Shown: one piece after another, positions 1-8,552 of the stretch | Numbering within the stretch: the stretch's first letter is position 1 | How the letters are laid out: every line of letters begins with the position of its first letter | Source of the DNA: a virus | Taxonomy: Duplodnaviria; Caudoviricetes | DNA: 48,833 nucleotides | Direction: 5' to 3' (one strand) | Virus record (IMG/VR): IMGVR_UViG_3300042196_000028 | Span: 1-48,833 of that record | Made by a program: the position numbers and the translations under genes | Notes under the pieces: generated by a model | Database searches by the model: none | What the model saw: only the letters and a program-made list of their open reading frames with translations | What the model was told of the DNA's origin: nothing

Positions 1-53
1 AGAGCAAACAGCAGCAACCGCAACAGCAATAGTCTTCGCGTTCTGGCGATCAT
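1..53 (-). CDS. Partial lysis-region protein with signal/TM N-terminus (runs off window)
   Basis: ATG at 53 after GAGGAG RBS; MIARTRRLLLLRLLLFAL. Confidence 0.55.
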   Translation of the reverse strand, partial: MIARTRRLLLLRLLLFA

Positions 54-77
54 GGTTGTCTCCTCAGGAGTCTGGGG

Positions 78-548
78 TCAGCTTGCTCGGATGAAGTCGG
101 CACGTTCTTTTGTCAGCGCGCCGACCTGGACCAGATAGTCGAGGTCCTGCTCTTCGGCGCGGCCAACCTGCGCGACCACGATGAACATCTTCACGCGCCC
201 GTCGGTCTGTGCCGCAATTTCAAACATTCGTTTTTCGTCGTCGGTGAACAGCGACCACCATGCGAACTTGGTCACGGCTTCCGGGGTCGCAACCTTGTCT
301 GCAAGGCGTGCGGCCACACGTTCCTGCGCCTGATCCTTGCGCTCGGTCGTCGAGTTCGAGCCGTAGTAGTAGCCGATCACGGCCGTCGCGCTGCCGCCGA
401 GAAGGCCCAGAAGAATCTTGAAGGCATCGGAGTCCGGCGCCGTATAGGCCAGAAACGCAGTGAGGATCACGATGTTCGAGACGATGATGAGCGCGAGCGT
501 CGATCGGGTATCGACTCGTCTGGTGTCCGCCTGGTCCGCTTCATTCAT
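78..548 (-). CDS. Holin-like membrane protein
   Basis: Start MNEADQ overlaps the endolysin stop (ATGA); two hydrophobic helices followed by the YYYGS motif typical of small phage holins. Confidence 0.65.
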   Translation of the reverse strand: MNEADQADTRRVDTRSTLALIIVSNIVILTAFLAYTAPDSDAFKILLGLLGGSATAVIGYYYGSNSTTERKDQAQERVAARLADKVATPEAVTKFAWWSLFTDDEKRMFEIAAQTDGRVKMFIVVAQVGRAEEQDLDYLVQVGALTKERADFIRAS

Positions 549-1189
549 GCCAGCGCCGCCCATGTGTAGGCACCACAAATTCCATCCGCGACGAGGCCTT
601 GCTTTTGCTGGAACGCCTTCACCGCCTCTTGCGTCTTCGGCCCGAAGTCGCCGTCGGCCGTCACACCGAGCAGCCGCTGCAATATCTTCACCGTGTCGCC
701 CTTGTCCCCGCGCCGGAGCGTAAGTCTGGTCCGCACGGGCTCTGCGTCCGCAACCGGCTCCGTATTGAATCCCGGCAATGCCCATGGAGCGTCATTGTCG
801 TAATGCGCCTTCGACGACTTGACTGAGATGTGGACGTGCATGGTGTGTGGGTTTGAGCCGGAATAAGATCGCCAGACCCAAGGGCTCGGCCCGTCGCTGC
901 CGGAAACAATCTGCCGGTTTGAAATAATGTATTTGATACGCGGGTCGCGCGAGGCGACGAGCGCCTCCGCAAGCTTGCGTGCGTCAATCCCGCCCTTCGG
1001 ATCGTGCGTGAAGTCGCGGGCGGTGACGATGCCCATCGCACCGTCCTTGACCCACGGATTATGATCGGACCCGCGCGAGGCGTGCGCCGCGTCGCCGATG
1101 CCTCCGTCCGCCGCCTTGCTGCGTCCAGGGGCGAGACTGTTCAGTTGATGGCGCAATGCTTCAAGCGATTTTGCTACTCGCCAAGCCAT
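545..1189 (-). CDS. Endolysin A: zinc peptidase-like (M15/LAS-type) domain plus C-terminal peptidoglycan-binding domain
   Basis: SDH..D and HVHIS metal-type motifs; C-terminal LRRGDKGDTVKILQ..DGDFGPKT..VKAFQ..GLVADGICG = PG_binding_1. Confidence 0.85.
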   Translation of the reverse strand: MAWRVAKSLEALRHQLNSLAPGRSKAADGGIGDAAHASRGSDHNPWVKDGAMGIVTARDFTHDPKGGIDARKLAEALVASRDPRIKYIISNRQIVSGSDGPSPWVWRSYSGSNPHTMHVHISVKSSKAHYDNDAPWALPGFNTEPVADAEPVRTRLTLRRGDKGDTVKILQRLLGVTADGDFGPKTQEAVKAFQQKQGLVADGICGAYTWAALA

Positions 1190-1212
1190 ATCTCTCTCCG
1201 ATGTCTAGTGAG

Positions 1213-1599
1213 TCAGAAGCCGCGATTGGGGAAAAACAGGCAGCGGATTTTCGGCCCCGGATAACGGCACAGGTGAAAATATTCGTCGCCGGAAGGCTTC
1301 GCGCTCGCGCGCGCCACGAACTCACCCGAAGCCTTGATGGTGAAGCCCGCGAGCGTTTCGCTCACGGCGTTTTCGGGAAGTTGCCAGCAGTCATTTCCGC
1401 CGCAGCATTCAGCCGGATAGGGCCAGCCCGACATCGCCTCGTGCGCCTTAGCCTTCTCGGGAACAATGAAGCCGAAGAATATCGCGGCAGCCAGAAACGT
1501 AACAATCGCAAACGCCCAAATCAGTAGTGAGTTGGTAAGCCGTGCGGGGCGAGGATCAGGCCCATAGATTTTCTCGTCCCATTCCTCTCGGTAATCCAT
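1213..1599 (-). CDS. Membrane-anchored Cys-rich hypothetical protein (allele A)
   Basis: Start MDYREE (TAATG coupling to the upstream stop); one TM helix; SGWxY..CC..xDC motif. Confidence 0.7.
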   Translation of the reverse strand: MDYREEWDEKIYGPDPRPARLTNSLLIWAFAIVTFLAAAIFFGFIVPEKAKAHEAMSGWPYPAECCGGNDCWQLPENAVSETLAGFTIKASGEFVARASAKPSGDEYFHLCRYPGPKIRCLFFPNRGF

Positions 1600-2192
1600 T
1601 AGGACGGCCACCGATATTCGAGCGCCGCGCCAGCCGAGCGCGTGTAGCGACACACGCCCTTACGTCCACAATTTCCTGAGACGAGCGTCACAGTGTTGCC
1701 GTTTACGGATTCTACTATCGCAACATGGCCTCCGCGCTTGCCACGACTGTAAATCGCGATTGCGCCGGGACGGGCCGATGTACGCCGTCCGTATTTCAGG
1801 AATGATTTGGCAGCGCGCGAGCCAGTGCCGCGATAACCGGCTTGGCGTAGTTTCTGGTTCAGAAAATCTGCACACCATAGGCGAGACGGAACGCCAAGTT
1901 GCCTTGCACTCTTGCCAACATCGGCTTTCGCCTTAGCCAACCAAGGCGCTGCACTCGAATGATATGAAACCGAGCGCGAAGGCGTGAACTTTTTACCGGC
2001 TACCTTCGTTGTCTTGCGCTTGGCCTTCTTGGTATAGCCCCCGAAATGCCGGGCCTGCTTGACGCTCGATAGCTGCCACGGCTCTACATAGCCCTTGCCG
2101 GGGACATAGATTGAATCCGGGCCTCCTTGGGCCAATACGGGAGTTGAGAATAGCAAACACAAGATCGCGAGCGGTGCGAGGATAAATCGCAT
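1599..2192 (-). CDS. Secreted CHAP/NlpC-like cell wall hydrolase (TIGR02594-like)
   Basis: Signal peptide; WCADF, GHVAIV and SGN catalytic-type motifs. Confidence 0.8.
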   Translation of the reverse strand: MRFILAPLAILCLLFSTPVLAQGGPDSIYVPGKGYVEPWQLSSVKQARHFGGYTKKAKRKTTKVAGKKFTPSRSVSYHSSAAPWLAKAKADVGKSARQLGVPSRLWCADFLNQKLRQAGYRGTGSRAAKSFLKYGRRTSARPGAIAIYSRGKRGGHVAIVESVNGNTVTLVSGNCGRKGVCRYTRSAGAALEYRWPS

Positions 2193-2220
2193 CGGGGGCT
2201 CCGTTGCTGTTGGAAAGGTC

Positions 2221-2898
2221 TTAGGAAAGCTCGGAATAAAAGGACTGCATCATATTAAGTGAGCCTTCGTCTTCCATATCGACAATGGCGTCTGCCGGTG
2301 TCTGTCCGAAATAAAATGCTCGAAACGCGACCCAATGAGCGGAGTTTACGATTTCAACGCCAACCTCCCCGTCCTTGGCGTCATTGCCGCCAATAGTAAG
2401 CGTTCGCGGGTCGATGCTTGGGATAATGCCAAGAGCATTTGGCATCGCCGTATAGACGCCAAAGATCAAAAGCGGCGGTGTTCCGCCTGACGCTGCCACG
2501 GTCTGCGGTGTCGGGTTGCCTTGTGTCTCCTGATCTAATGGCGTCGATAAGTTGTCGGAAACCGGCGGCTTGCCTCCGCGAAATACCAGAAGAATTTTAC
2601 TGTTCGTCCGGTTTCCGTTCATGCCGGTTAGTATCGTGGATGCTTCTGTCCCGACCGCTATTTTCCGGCTTGTGATAACCTTTCGATTTCCTGCCGGACC
2701 AGTTGTTTTGACTTCAGAGAAACCACTCGGAATAACTGATGTTGGACTCCCAGAGGATGTTGTCGCGAAATCGGATAAAACAAGATAATCGCCCTTCTTG
2801 ACAGTCGCGGGAACAGTGATCGTACTTGTCGTGCTCGTTACCGATGCTAAAAGTTTTGGCCTTGGCGCTGCTGAACCGATAAACCCCGTAACCGCCAC
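2221..2898 (-). CDS. Putative tail-associated beta-rich protein
   Basis: Probable GTG start coupled to the upstream TAG; S/T/G-rich; downstream of the tail fibre. Confidence 0.6.
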   Translation of the reverse strand: MAVTGFIGSAAPRPKLLASVTSTTSTITVPATVKKGDYLVLSDFATTSSGSPTSVIPSGFSEVKTTGPAGNRKVITSRKIAVGTEASTILTGMNGNRTNSKILLVFRGGKPPVSDNLSTPLDQETQGNPTPQTVAASGGTPPLLIFGVYTAMPNALGIIPSIDPRTLTIGGNDAKDGEVGVEIVNSAHWVAFRAFYFGQTPADAIVDMEDEGSLNMMQSFYSELS

Positions 2899-3449
2899 TA
2901 GATCGTCCTCGTGACTTTCACGGTCACGGTCATGTTTTCGCAACCGGAATTGCCGCTGACGGTTCCACGAAAATTATCCCCCGCCACGAAAGCATTTGCG
3001 GTCGTGTGCGCTTGTTCCTGTTCGCTCGTAGAAACAGAGTTGGCCGTCCCGCCCAATGCGGTCGTGTTGATCTTGCCAGTGAATATGCAAGTCCCCGCCG
3101 CGCTGATGGTCGTAGTTGAATTGACCGATCCCGGAAAAGGAAGGTTGATGATAAAGTCGTAGTCCTTGTCGTCAGGAAACTCGATGAGCCATGACCAGAG
3201 TTCGACAACCGAAACCGTGGCCCATTCTGGATCGTCCGCACCCTGCTTTAGAAACTGCCCTGTCGTCCCCTTCGCCAATCTCGCCGCTGTCGTATCGTCG
3301 CGATAGATGATGTCGCCGCGCGTGGTGAGGACAGACGCGATTAGTGCGGCTATCTGGCCTTCCAATGCAGTGGTGAACTCGCCGCCCTCTAGAATAATCC
3401 TCCTGATTAACGCTATCAGTTGTTGGGTATGCGGGTCGGTGAAGGCCAC
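2898..3449 (-). CDS. Minor tail/fibre-associated protein (allele A N-terminus)
   Basis: TTRGDIIYR..ARLAKGTTGQFL fibre-like repeat; position in tail module. Confidence 0.65.
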   Translation of the reverse strand: MAFTDPHTQQLIALIRRIILEGGEFTTALEGQIAALIASVLTTRGDIIYRDDTTAARLAKGTTGQFLKQGADDPEWATVSVVELWSWLIEFPDDKDYDFIINLPFPGSVNSTTTISAAGTCIFTGKINTTALGGTANSVSTSEQEQAHTTANAFVAGDNFRGTVSGNSGCENMTVTVKVTRTI

Positions 3450-3452
3450 GGA

Positions 3453-4478
3453 TCAGAAACCGACCACAAAAAACTCACAGGGATCAGGATCGGTCGCCGT
3501 ATTCGATGAAACAGCACGAATCGTAAGGGTAAACCCTTCCGTTGTTTTCGATGTGGCATATCCGGTTACAAAGGCACTTAGAGAATTTTCAACTCTACCT
3601 ACGGCCACCACCATATAGTTTGCTGTTGGCAACGCATTTGTGAACGCCACAGTAAAGATGCCCTCATTGCTTCTGTCGATAGTTGCAATGTTGAAATATT
3701 CTGAGTCCGTGAAGCTGACAGTTGTGCCAGATACGCTAAATGACGCAAATGCTTTAGCTGTGTTGATGGCCGTCACGCCAGCAGCATTGTTAGCGCTCAA
3801 TGCACCCGTAAGCGTGCTGGCCCCCGTAACCGCCAACGTACCAGCAACAAGTGTGTTGCCGCTCGATGCGGCCACGGTGAATTTATTCGTTGCAACAGCT
3901 ACGTCGCCAGCTATCGCCACATTGCCAGTTGCAGCCGCGACCGTGAACTTGTCGGTATTGATTGCGAAGTCGCCGGAAAATCCAAACGTGCCGGTGATTA
4001 AAATGCCAGTTGCCGTCGCGGTCAGGACTTCCGTATCGCCTGCCGATAGGGCAACGGTATCGGCATCCTTGAGAAACAAACCGTTGTCCAGATCGCCTAC
4101 GAACGAATAGCTGGGCGCGGTCTTCGTCCCAGCACTCCCAACAATCTGCCCGCTTGGCGTGAGCATTCCAGTGATGGAAAGCCCGGTCGGGGAAATGTCG
4201 AGTATCTTTGTCGCGTCAACCGCTACGCCAAGGTTATTCGTACCTATGCGATAAAGGCCACAATCAAGATCGGCTGAGAAGGAAAGGGCTGGCAGCGATA
4301 CCGTGCCAGCCGCGAGTTTCAGCGCGCCGGTCATGGCGTTCTGGCCGTCCTTGGCGAGGGCTGTATTGATGCCCGTCGCCAAGTCCTGAGAGATTGCGTT
4401 TACTTCGTCCGCAGTTGCGGTCGTTGCATTCTCTACAGTGTCAGAGGCTGCGAAAGTGCCATTTCCATTCCACGGCAT
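3453..4478 (-). CDS. Tail fibre protein
   Basis: MPWNGNGTF..DLATGINTALAKDGQ podoviral fibre N-terminus; repeated GTxxxPxxSFxxDxDxGLY units; C-terminal knob-like domain. Confidence 0.8.
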   Translation of the reverse strand: MPWNGNGTFAASDTVENATTATADEVNAISQDLATGINTALAKDGQNAMTGALKLAAGTVSLPALSFSADLDCGLYRIGTNNLGVAVDATKILDISPTGLSITGMLTPSGQIVGSAGTKTAPSYSFVGDLDNGLFLKDADTVALSAGDTEVLTATATGILITGTFGFSGDFAINTDKFTVAAATGNVAIAGDVAVATNKFTVAASSGNTLVAGTLAVTGASTLTGALSANNAAGVTAINTAKAFASFSVSGTTVSFTDSEYFNIATIDRSNEGIFTVAFTNALPTANYMVVAVGRVENSLSAFVTGYATSKTTEGFTLTIRAVSSNTATDPDPCEFFVVGF

Positions 4479-4494
4479 ATGCTTTCCTTCATAG

Positions 4495-4518
4495 AAAAAA
4501 CCGCCCGGAAAGGCGGCT
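4495..4518 (-). terminator. Rho-independent terminator (minus strand)
   Basis: GCCGCCtttccgGGCGGT followed by a T run on the minus strand. Confidence 0.6.
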
Positions 4519-4541
4519 TGGCAGTGCACCCGCGAGGGGCT

Positions 4542-4847
4542 ATGTTTCGTCCGATGCTTTGGAAGCTCTGTCAGATTGGCGTTTTTGGCTTCTTTTTTTG
4601 GTTTTTCAGAACCTTGCCAACCGACGCCACGAATCTTGCCGTAGCCTTTCTGGCCTTCGGCTTTACAGTGATTGTTCTGTTACCCGTTTTCTGGATTCAG
4701 GTCTGGTTATCGAACCGGCGCACCCGCCGTCTCGCGAGCCTTTCGGGAACCAAGCAAAGCCTCGATCAAGGCGAGGCGCTTGGGATCGAGCGCGGCAACA
4801 CCGCTAGGTGGAGTAGCCTTACCCCCGGACCTGATAAGCGCCGATAG
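4542..4847 (+). CDS. Antisense two-TM membrane protein (moron-like)
   Basis: GAGGGG RBS, ATG at 4542, two Phe-rich hydrophobic helices; 3' part overlaps the end of 4707-6218. Confidence 0.55.
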   Translation: MFRPMLWKLCQIGVFGFFFWFFRTLPTDATNLAVAFLAFGFTVIVLLPVFWIQVWLSNRRTRRLASLSGTKQSLDQGEALGIERGNTARWSSLTPGPDKRR

Positions 4848-6218
4848 ACCGCCAACCTTGGACCGTGTTGCTGCGTCAGCCCCGGCCTTTGCTAGAAATC
4901 CCGCCGCTGGCACCGCTGCCAACATCGGGTTGGCCGCTGTCGCGCCAATACCGAGTGCTGCCATCAACCCGCTACCTTGCGGCGACAGTTTGCCGATAAG
5001 CCGGGCTAGGTTCTGTGCTTTTCCGGTCTTAACAACATTTTCCATCATGGCGAGTTCGTCTGCCGTGAACCCGCGCGATTTCTTCGGGTTGTCTAGAATC
5101 TTGCGAATGTTCTGCCGAATGGCGTTGTCGATATTTCCGCCCGATCCCGTCGATGCCGTTCTGCGTTCGGCCTTTTTCAAAGCGTTTGCAATTTCTTCCG
5201 CTTTGAATTTACGGTGCGCAAAAGTTCGCCCGTCCTTGATTGCCGACGATGCTTGCTGGGGATTGCCTACAACAACGTCAGTATTTGCAAGATTGGCGAT
5301 ATGATCGTCAATCCGTTCAATCGCTTTTCGGACCAGTCTTGATTGCCCCTTGTCCTTCGCAGCCTCAGAAAACAGGCGGCGCTTCATATCCAGTGTTTCG
5401 AGGGCCAAGGGTTGTGCCGAAACCTTTTCCAGAGACTTCAAGGCCGTCGCTACGTCCTTGTGCATATCAGGGTCAAAGCCCTTCGCTGACAGCGTGCCCC
5501 ATACGTCCTTGTGAATCAGATCAGCTTTGTACGGTGTCAGAACAACATTGGAATTGCGCATTGCATCGTATGCGGCGTCTGTCTTCGCGCCCAATTCTCC
5601 AATTGATGGGGCTTTAGGTGCCCTTTGCAATCCGCGCGCAAGCATTCCAGGCGCTAGACCTCCGGCTACAGCGGCACCAACTCTTGCGAATGGCTCCGCT
5701 GCTGTTCCCTCGGTAGCCTGCCCAGCCGCTTCCGATGCCACCGCAGGCGCGAGAACATTTGAGATTGCCTGACGCGGCCCACCGAACATAATTCCCGGCG
5801 CGAACTCACCGATTGAGCGCGCATACTTTCCCGCCGTGGTTTGCGGCTCATGGGTTTTACCGACAACACTTTCGACGGCACCTAGGGCCTCAGAACTTGT
5901 AGGAGCCAATGGACGCGGACGCTCGCCCTTTGCTTCTAATCCCATCTTGCCCGCCGCCCAATCAATGCCCTTATCCATCATTGAAGCGGCATCGCCCGGT
6001 AAGCCAACCAGTCCGGTAACACCACGGGTCAGCCCGGCAACGGCAGACTGTGCAACGTCCCCAACAATGCTGGGCGCGGCAGCGGCCTCTTGTTGGACTG
6101 GTGCATCGTCCATCGACTGCGCAATCTCATTGACCGTCGCTTCCTGTTGTTCAGGCGGCAATTGCAGAAAGCTATCGTCCACATTTACCTTACGGCCTTT
6201 GACAGTGAGCGTAGCCAT
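4707..6218 (-). CDS. Internal virion/DNA ejection protein
   Basis: 503 aa, A/G-rich and helical, third of three such genes between nozzle and fibre. Confidence 0.7.
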   Translation of the reverse strand: MATLTVKGRKVNVDDSFLQLPPEQQEATVNEIAQSMDDAPVQQEAAAAPSIVGDVAQSAVAGLTRGVTGLVGLPGDAASMMDKGIDWAAGKMGLEAKGERPRPLAPTSSEALGAVESVVGKTHEPQTTAGKYARSIGEFAPGIMFGGPRQAISNVLAPAVASEAAGQATEGTAAEPFARVGAAVAGGLAPGMLARGLQRAPKAPSIGELGAKTDAAYDAMRNSNVVLTPYKADLIHKDVWGTLSAKGFDPDMHKDVATALKSLEKVSAQPLALETLDMKRRLFSEAAKDKGQSRLVRKAIERIDDHIANLANTDVVVGNPQQASSAIKDGRTFAHRKFKAEEIANALKKAERRTASTGSGGNIDNAIRQNIRKILDNPKKSRGFTADELAMMENVVKTGKAQNLARLIGKLSPQGSGLMAALGIGATAANPMLAAVPAAGFLAKAGADAATRSKVGGLSALIRSGGKATPPSGVAALDPKRLALIEALLGSRKARETAGAPVR

Positions 6219-7385
6219 TTAATCGACGCTCCACTCTACGCCGGTAGAAGTTTTCTGCTTTGCTTTTCCGCCGCCGCCATCTTGGCTACCCGGCTTAATG
6301 CCCTCGTGAATGATCTTGCCGTAAATATCGCGAACCCGTTTCAGGTTATAGACAAACTGTTCCTTGTTTTGAGACTGAGACAAGTTGCCGATAGTTGCTT
6401 GCAACAATTTGTTCTCAAAGTCAGAAACTTGACCAAGCGCACCGCCCGTTGGAGACGCCGCGCGCATTTCCTGCAAACGATCAAAGCCAGCATTGGCCTT
6501 GATCGTTTCAACCAATGCTCCAACATTGTGCGCGGAAAGTCCGGGGACGCCAGACAGTACGGCACCTCCCGGACCCGTTGTCGTTGCTGGCGATTCCTCA
6601 ACCATCTTGAGCGTTCGATCAATGTCCTCGGTAACAACGTCCGCATATTTCTTGCGCTGTTCTGCAATGGATGCGGCTTTAACCTCGCCTTCCTTAATAT
6701 CCATCGCTGCCGGGCTTCCCGGTATCGGACGCATCTGCGCGCCTTGCGGTGTTTCGACAAGTTCAAAGCCGGGCGGGATCGTGCCGTACTTTCCGCCGCC
6801 AACTGTGACATTATTTACATTAGCGCCCGCTCGTTTCAGCGCCATTTGGTAGTCGAGAAGCGAGCCCTTAAAACCTTGCCCCTTCGCGATGTTATAATTG
6901 CGCTGAACGTCCGTATCCTTCGGCGCAAACTGTGCCTCTAGTTTCTTCGCTGCTAGCGCTTGCAACAGCGGTTCCGCGAACCGATTACCCACAAGTCCCG
7001 AAACGTCAGGCGCGCCAGCGGGCGCTCCCATCGGTGCTGTTGGTTGCGGCGTAGCGCGTCCGTTTTGCGCCGTGAGTGCACTCTGCATTTCCGTATCGCC
7101 CGGATCAAACGCGGACGGAGCCGCCGCAGGCGCGGTAGGAGAACCGCCGCCAAGGATGCCCGCCAACTGTTGCTGGTAAGCAGCTTTTTCCAGCGATTCT
7201 TCTTCTCGCATCTGCCCGATTTGCCCACCGCCGATAAGCGCTTGCGCCATACGCGCCGCGCCCTGCCACGGGCTTTGAATTGGAGACGTGTCTGTCCCTT
7301 GCTGAAGCATCGACGCGGCAAGCCTTCGACGAAGGCTCAGGTCTTCGGCGGACGTACCGGGTGCGATATTGAATCCTTGAGCCAT
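6219..7385 (-). CDS. Internal virion/DNA ejection protein
   Basis: Start MAQGF; C-terminal ASPTGGALGQVSDFENKLLQ motif common in podoviral ejection proteins. Confidence 0.7.
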   Translation of the reverse strand: MAQGFNIAPGTSAEDLSLRRRLAASMLQQGTDTSPIQSPWQGAARMAQALIGGGQIGQMREEESLEKAAYQQQLAGILGGGSPTAPAAAPSAFDPGDTEMQSALTAQNGRATPQPTAPMGAPAGAPDVSGLVGNRFAEPLLQALAAKKLEAQFAPKDTDVQRNYNIAKGQGFKGSLLDYQMALKRAGANVNNVTVGGGKYGTIPPGFELVETPQGAQMRPIPGSPAAMDIKEGEVKAASIAEQRKKYADVVTEDIDRTLKMVEESPATTTGPGGAVLSGVPGLSAHNVGALVETIKANAGFDRLQEMRAASPTGGALGQVSDFENKLLQATIGNLSQSQNKEQFVYNLKRVRDIYGKIIHEGIKPGSQDGGGGKAKQKTSTGVEWSVD

Positions 7386-7386
7386 A

Positions 7387-8166
7387 TCACGCCGCTCCAA
7401 ACTTCGGCATCTTAAACCCGCCCATGCCCCACCCGCCAAGGGCAGCAGAACCTAAGCCGAATATCCCGCCAAGCTTTGCGTTGTTCGCGCTCATTTCATT
7501 CTGGTAGTTCTGATTCACAAGCCCCGCATAATCCACACCTGAAACTTGCGTCTGGGGCGTGTTGGTAAATCCGGGCTGCTGTACCTGTGAGCCGGACATC
7601 AATGCGGATAGTTCATTCAATGGCTGGTTACGTTCCGCCATCGCCATGTCAGCCGCAGTCTTGTACGAACTTAAATAGTTCTGGTCGTATGCCTGTTGAC
7701 GCTGATTGGAGAAATCCCCCATCGCCCGCGTATAGGCTTCGCTGCCCATGTTCAAACCGCGATTGAGCAAGTCGCTCTCGCGTGTCTCTTGATGCCTTGC
7801 CCATTGAGGATCGAGAAAAGTCCGCTGCATATCGACAAGCTTATTCGCCTGCGAAGCATCGAAATCAAACGGTTGGCCCAAAGTACCGGCGACGGCATCG
7901 GCTTGCGTGTTTCCGATATTCCCGAGCTTGTTAGCCATCCCCATATATTGGTCGTACAGTCCTTGGTTCTCTGGCGAGAGGCTTTGCGTGGCCGTATATT
8001 GCGGCGTGCCACTTGCTGACGTGCCGGACTGGTTATAGGTCAACGACCCGTAGGGCGTGACCTGATTGACCATGTTCAGTTCCTGGCCCGTGATCGCAGT
8101 ATCTTTATTCATCTGCGACTGCGCTTGCGCAGTTTTCATCGGGTCGGGTTGCTTGGGGTTATCCAT
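7387..8166 (-). CDS. Internal virion/pilot protein
   Basis: PDPMKTA..NQVTPYGSLTY N-terminus, Q/N/G-rich, G-rich hydrophobic C-terminus. Confidence 0.7.
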   Translation of the reverse strand: MDNPKQPDPMKTAQAQSQMNKDTAITGQELNMVNQVTPYGSLTYNQSGTSASGTPQYTATQSLSPENQGLYDQYMGMANKLGNIGNTQADAVAGTLGQPFDFDASQANKLVDMQRTFLDPQWARHQETRESDLLNRGLNMGSEAYTRAMGDFSNQRQQAYDQNYLSSYKTAADMAMAERNQPLNELSALMSGSQVQQPGFTNTPQTQVSGVDYAGLVNQNYQNEMSANNAKLGGIFGLGSAALGGWGMGGFKMPKFGAA

Positions 8167-8552
8167 CGGCAGTCTTCTTTCATCATGCGGTACACGACCG
8201 CATCGTCATCGTTGAAATAACGATGGGCGACATTCTCGAATACGAACCCAAACCGGATCGCCGCTCGTATCGCCCGCTTATTCCGCTTCTTGATCCTTGC
8301 CGAAACTCGCCTGCATTGAAGCTGGTCGAACGCATAGGCAGATACGGCCTTCAGCACGCCAAGCGTGATCCCACCCGGCTCTGCCACAACCGTTATGTCT
8401 ATGTTCGCGCTGTTGAACCCGTTGAAAACAAAGCCGCACAGTGGCCGCTCATCTTCCGCGACAAAACCCATCGCGTAGAACGGCGCGCTTAATTTAAGTC
8501 CAAGTTTTCCTTCGATGTAGGCGGCAACCCTCGCGTCTTCGACAAGACGCAT
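8136..8552 (-). CDS. GNAT-family acetyltransferase-like protein
   Basis: YAFDQLQCRRV..N.RAIR...RFGFVFE GNAT pattern; typical position after the nozzle gene. Confidence 0.75.
   Translation of the reverse strand: MRLVEDARVAAYIEGKLGLKLSAPFYAMGFVAEDERPLCGFVFNGFNSANIDITVVAEPGGITLGVLKAVSAYAFDQLQCRRVSARIKKRNKRAIRAAIRFGFVFENVAHRYFNDDDAVVYRMMKEDCRWITPSNPTR

Larger units (their letters stand above)
1187..3329 (+). repeat. Direct repeat copy 1 (2,143 bp)
   Basis: Matches 46174-48316; near-identical by eye from ~1454 to 3329 (one SNP seen near 1552), diverged at ~1231-1453; translated ORFs 1599-2192 and 2221-2943 are identical to those of copy 2. Confidence 0.97.

Noticed and set aside
78-785. 235-aa version of the holin-like ORF
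   Set aside because: The first 79 codons overlap the endolysin; the ATG at 548, coupled to the lysin stop, is more plausible
1213-1460. Possible DGR template/variable repeat pair with 46200-46447
   Set aside because: No reverse transcriptase in the window, both copies are coding, and the differences are not restricted to adenines
6090-6941. Long plus-strand ORFs antisense to structural genes (also 4672-5304, 21598-22197, 29996-30787, and minus-strand 37435-38256)
   Set aside because: Antisense shadows of well-supported genes in GC-rich DNA, with no recognisable motifs
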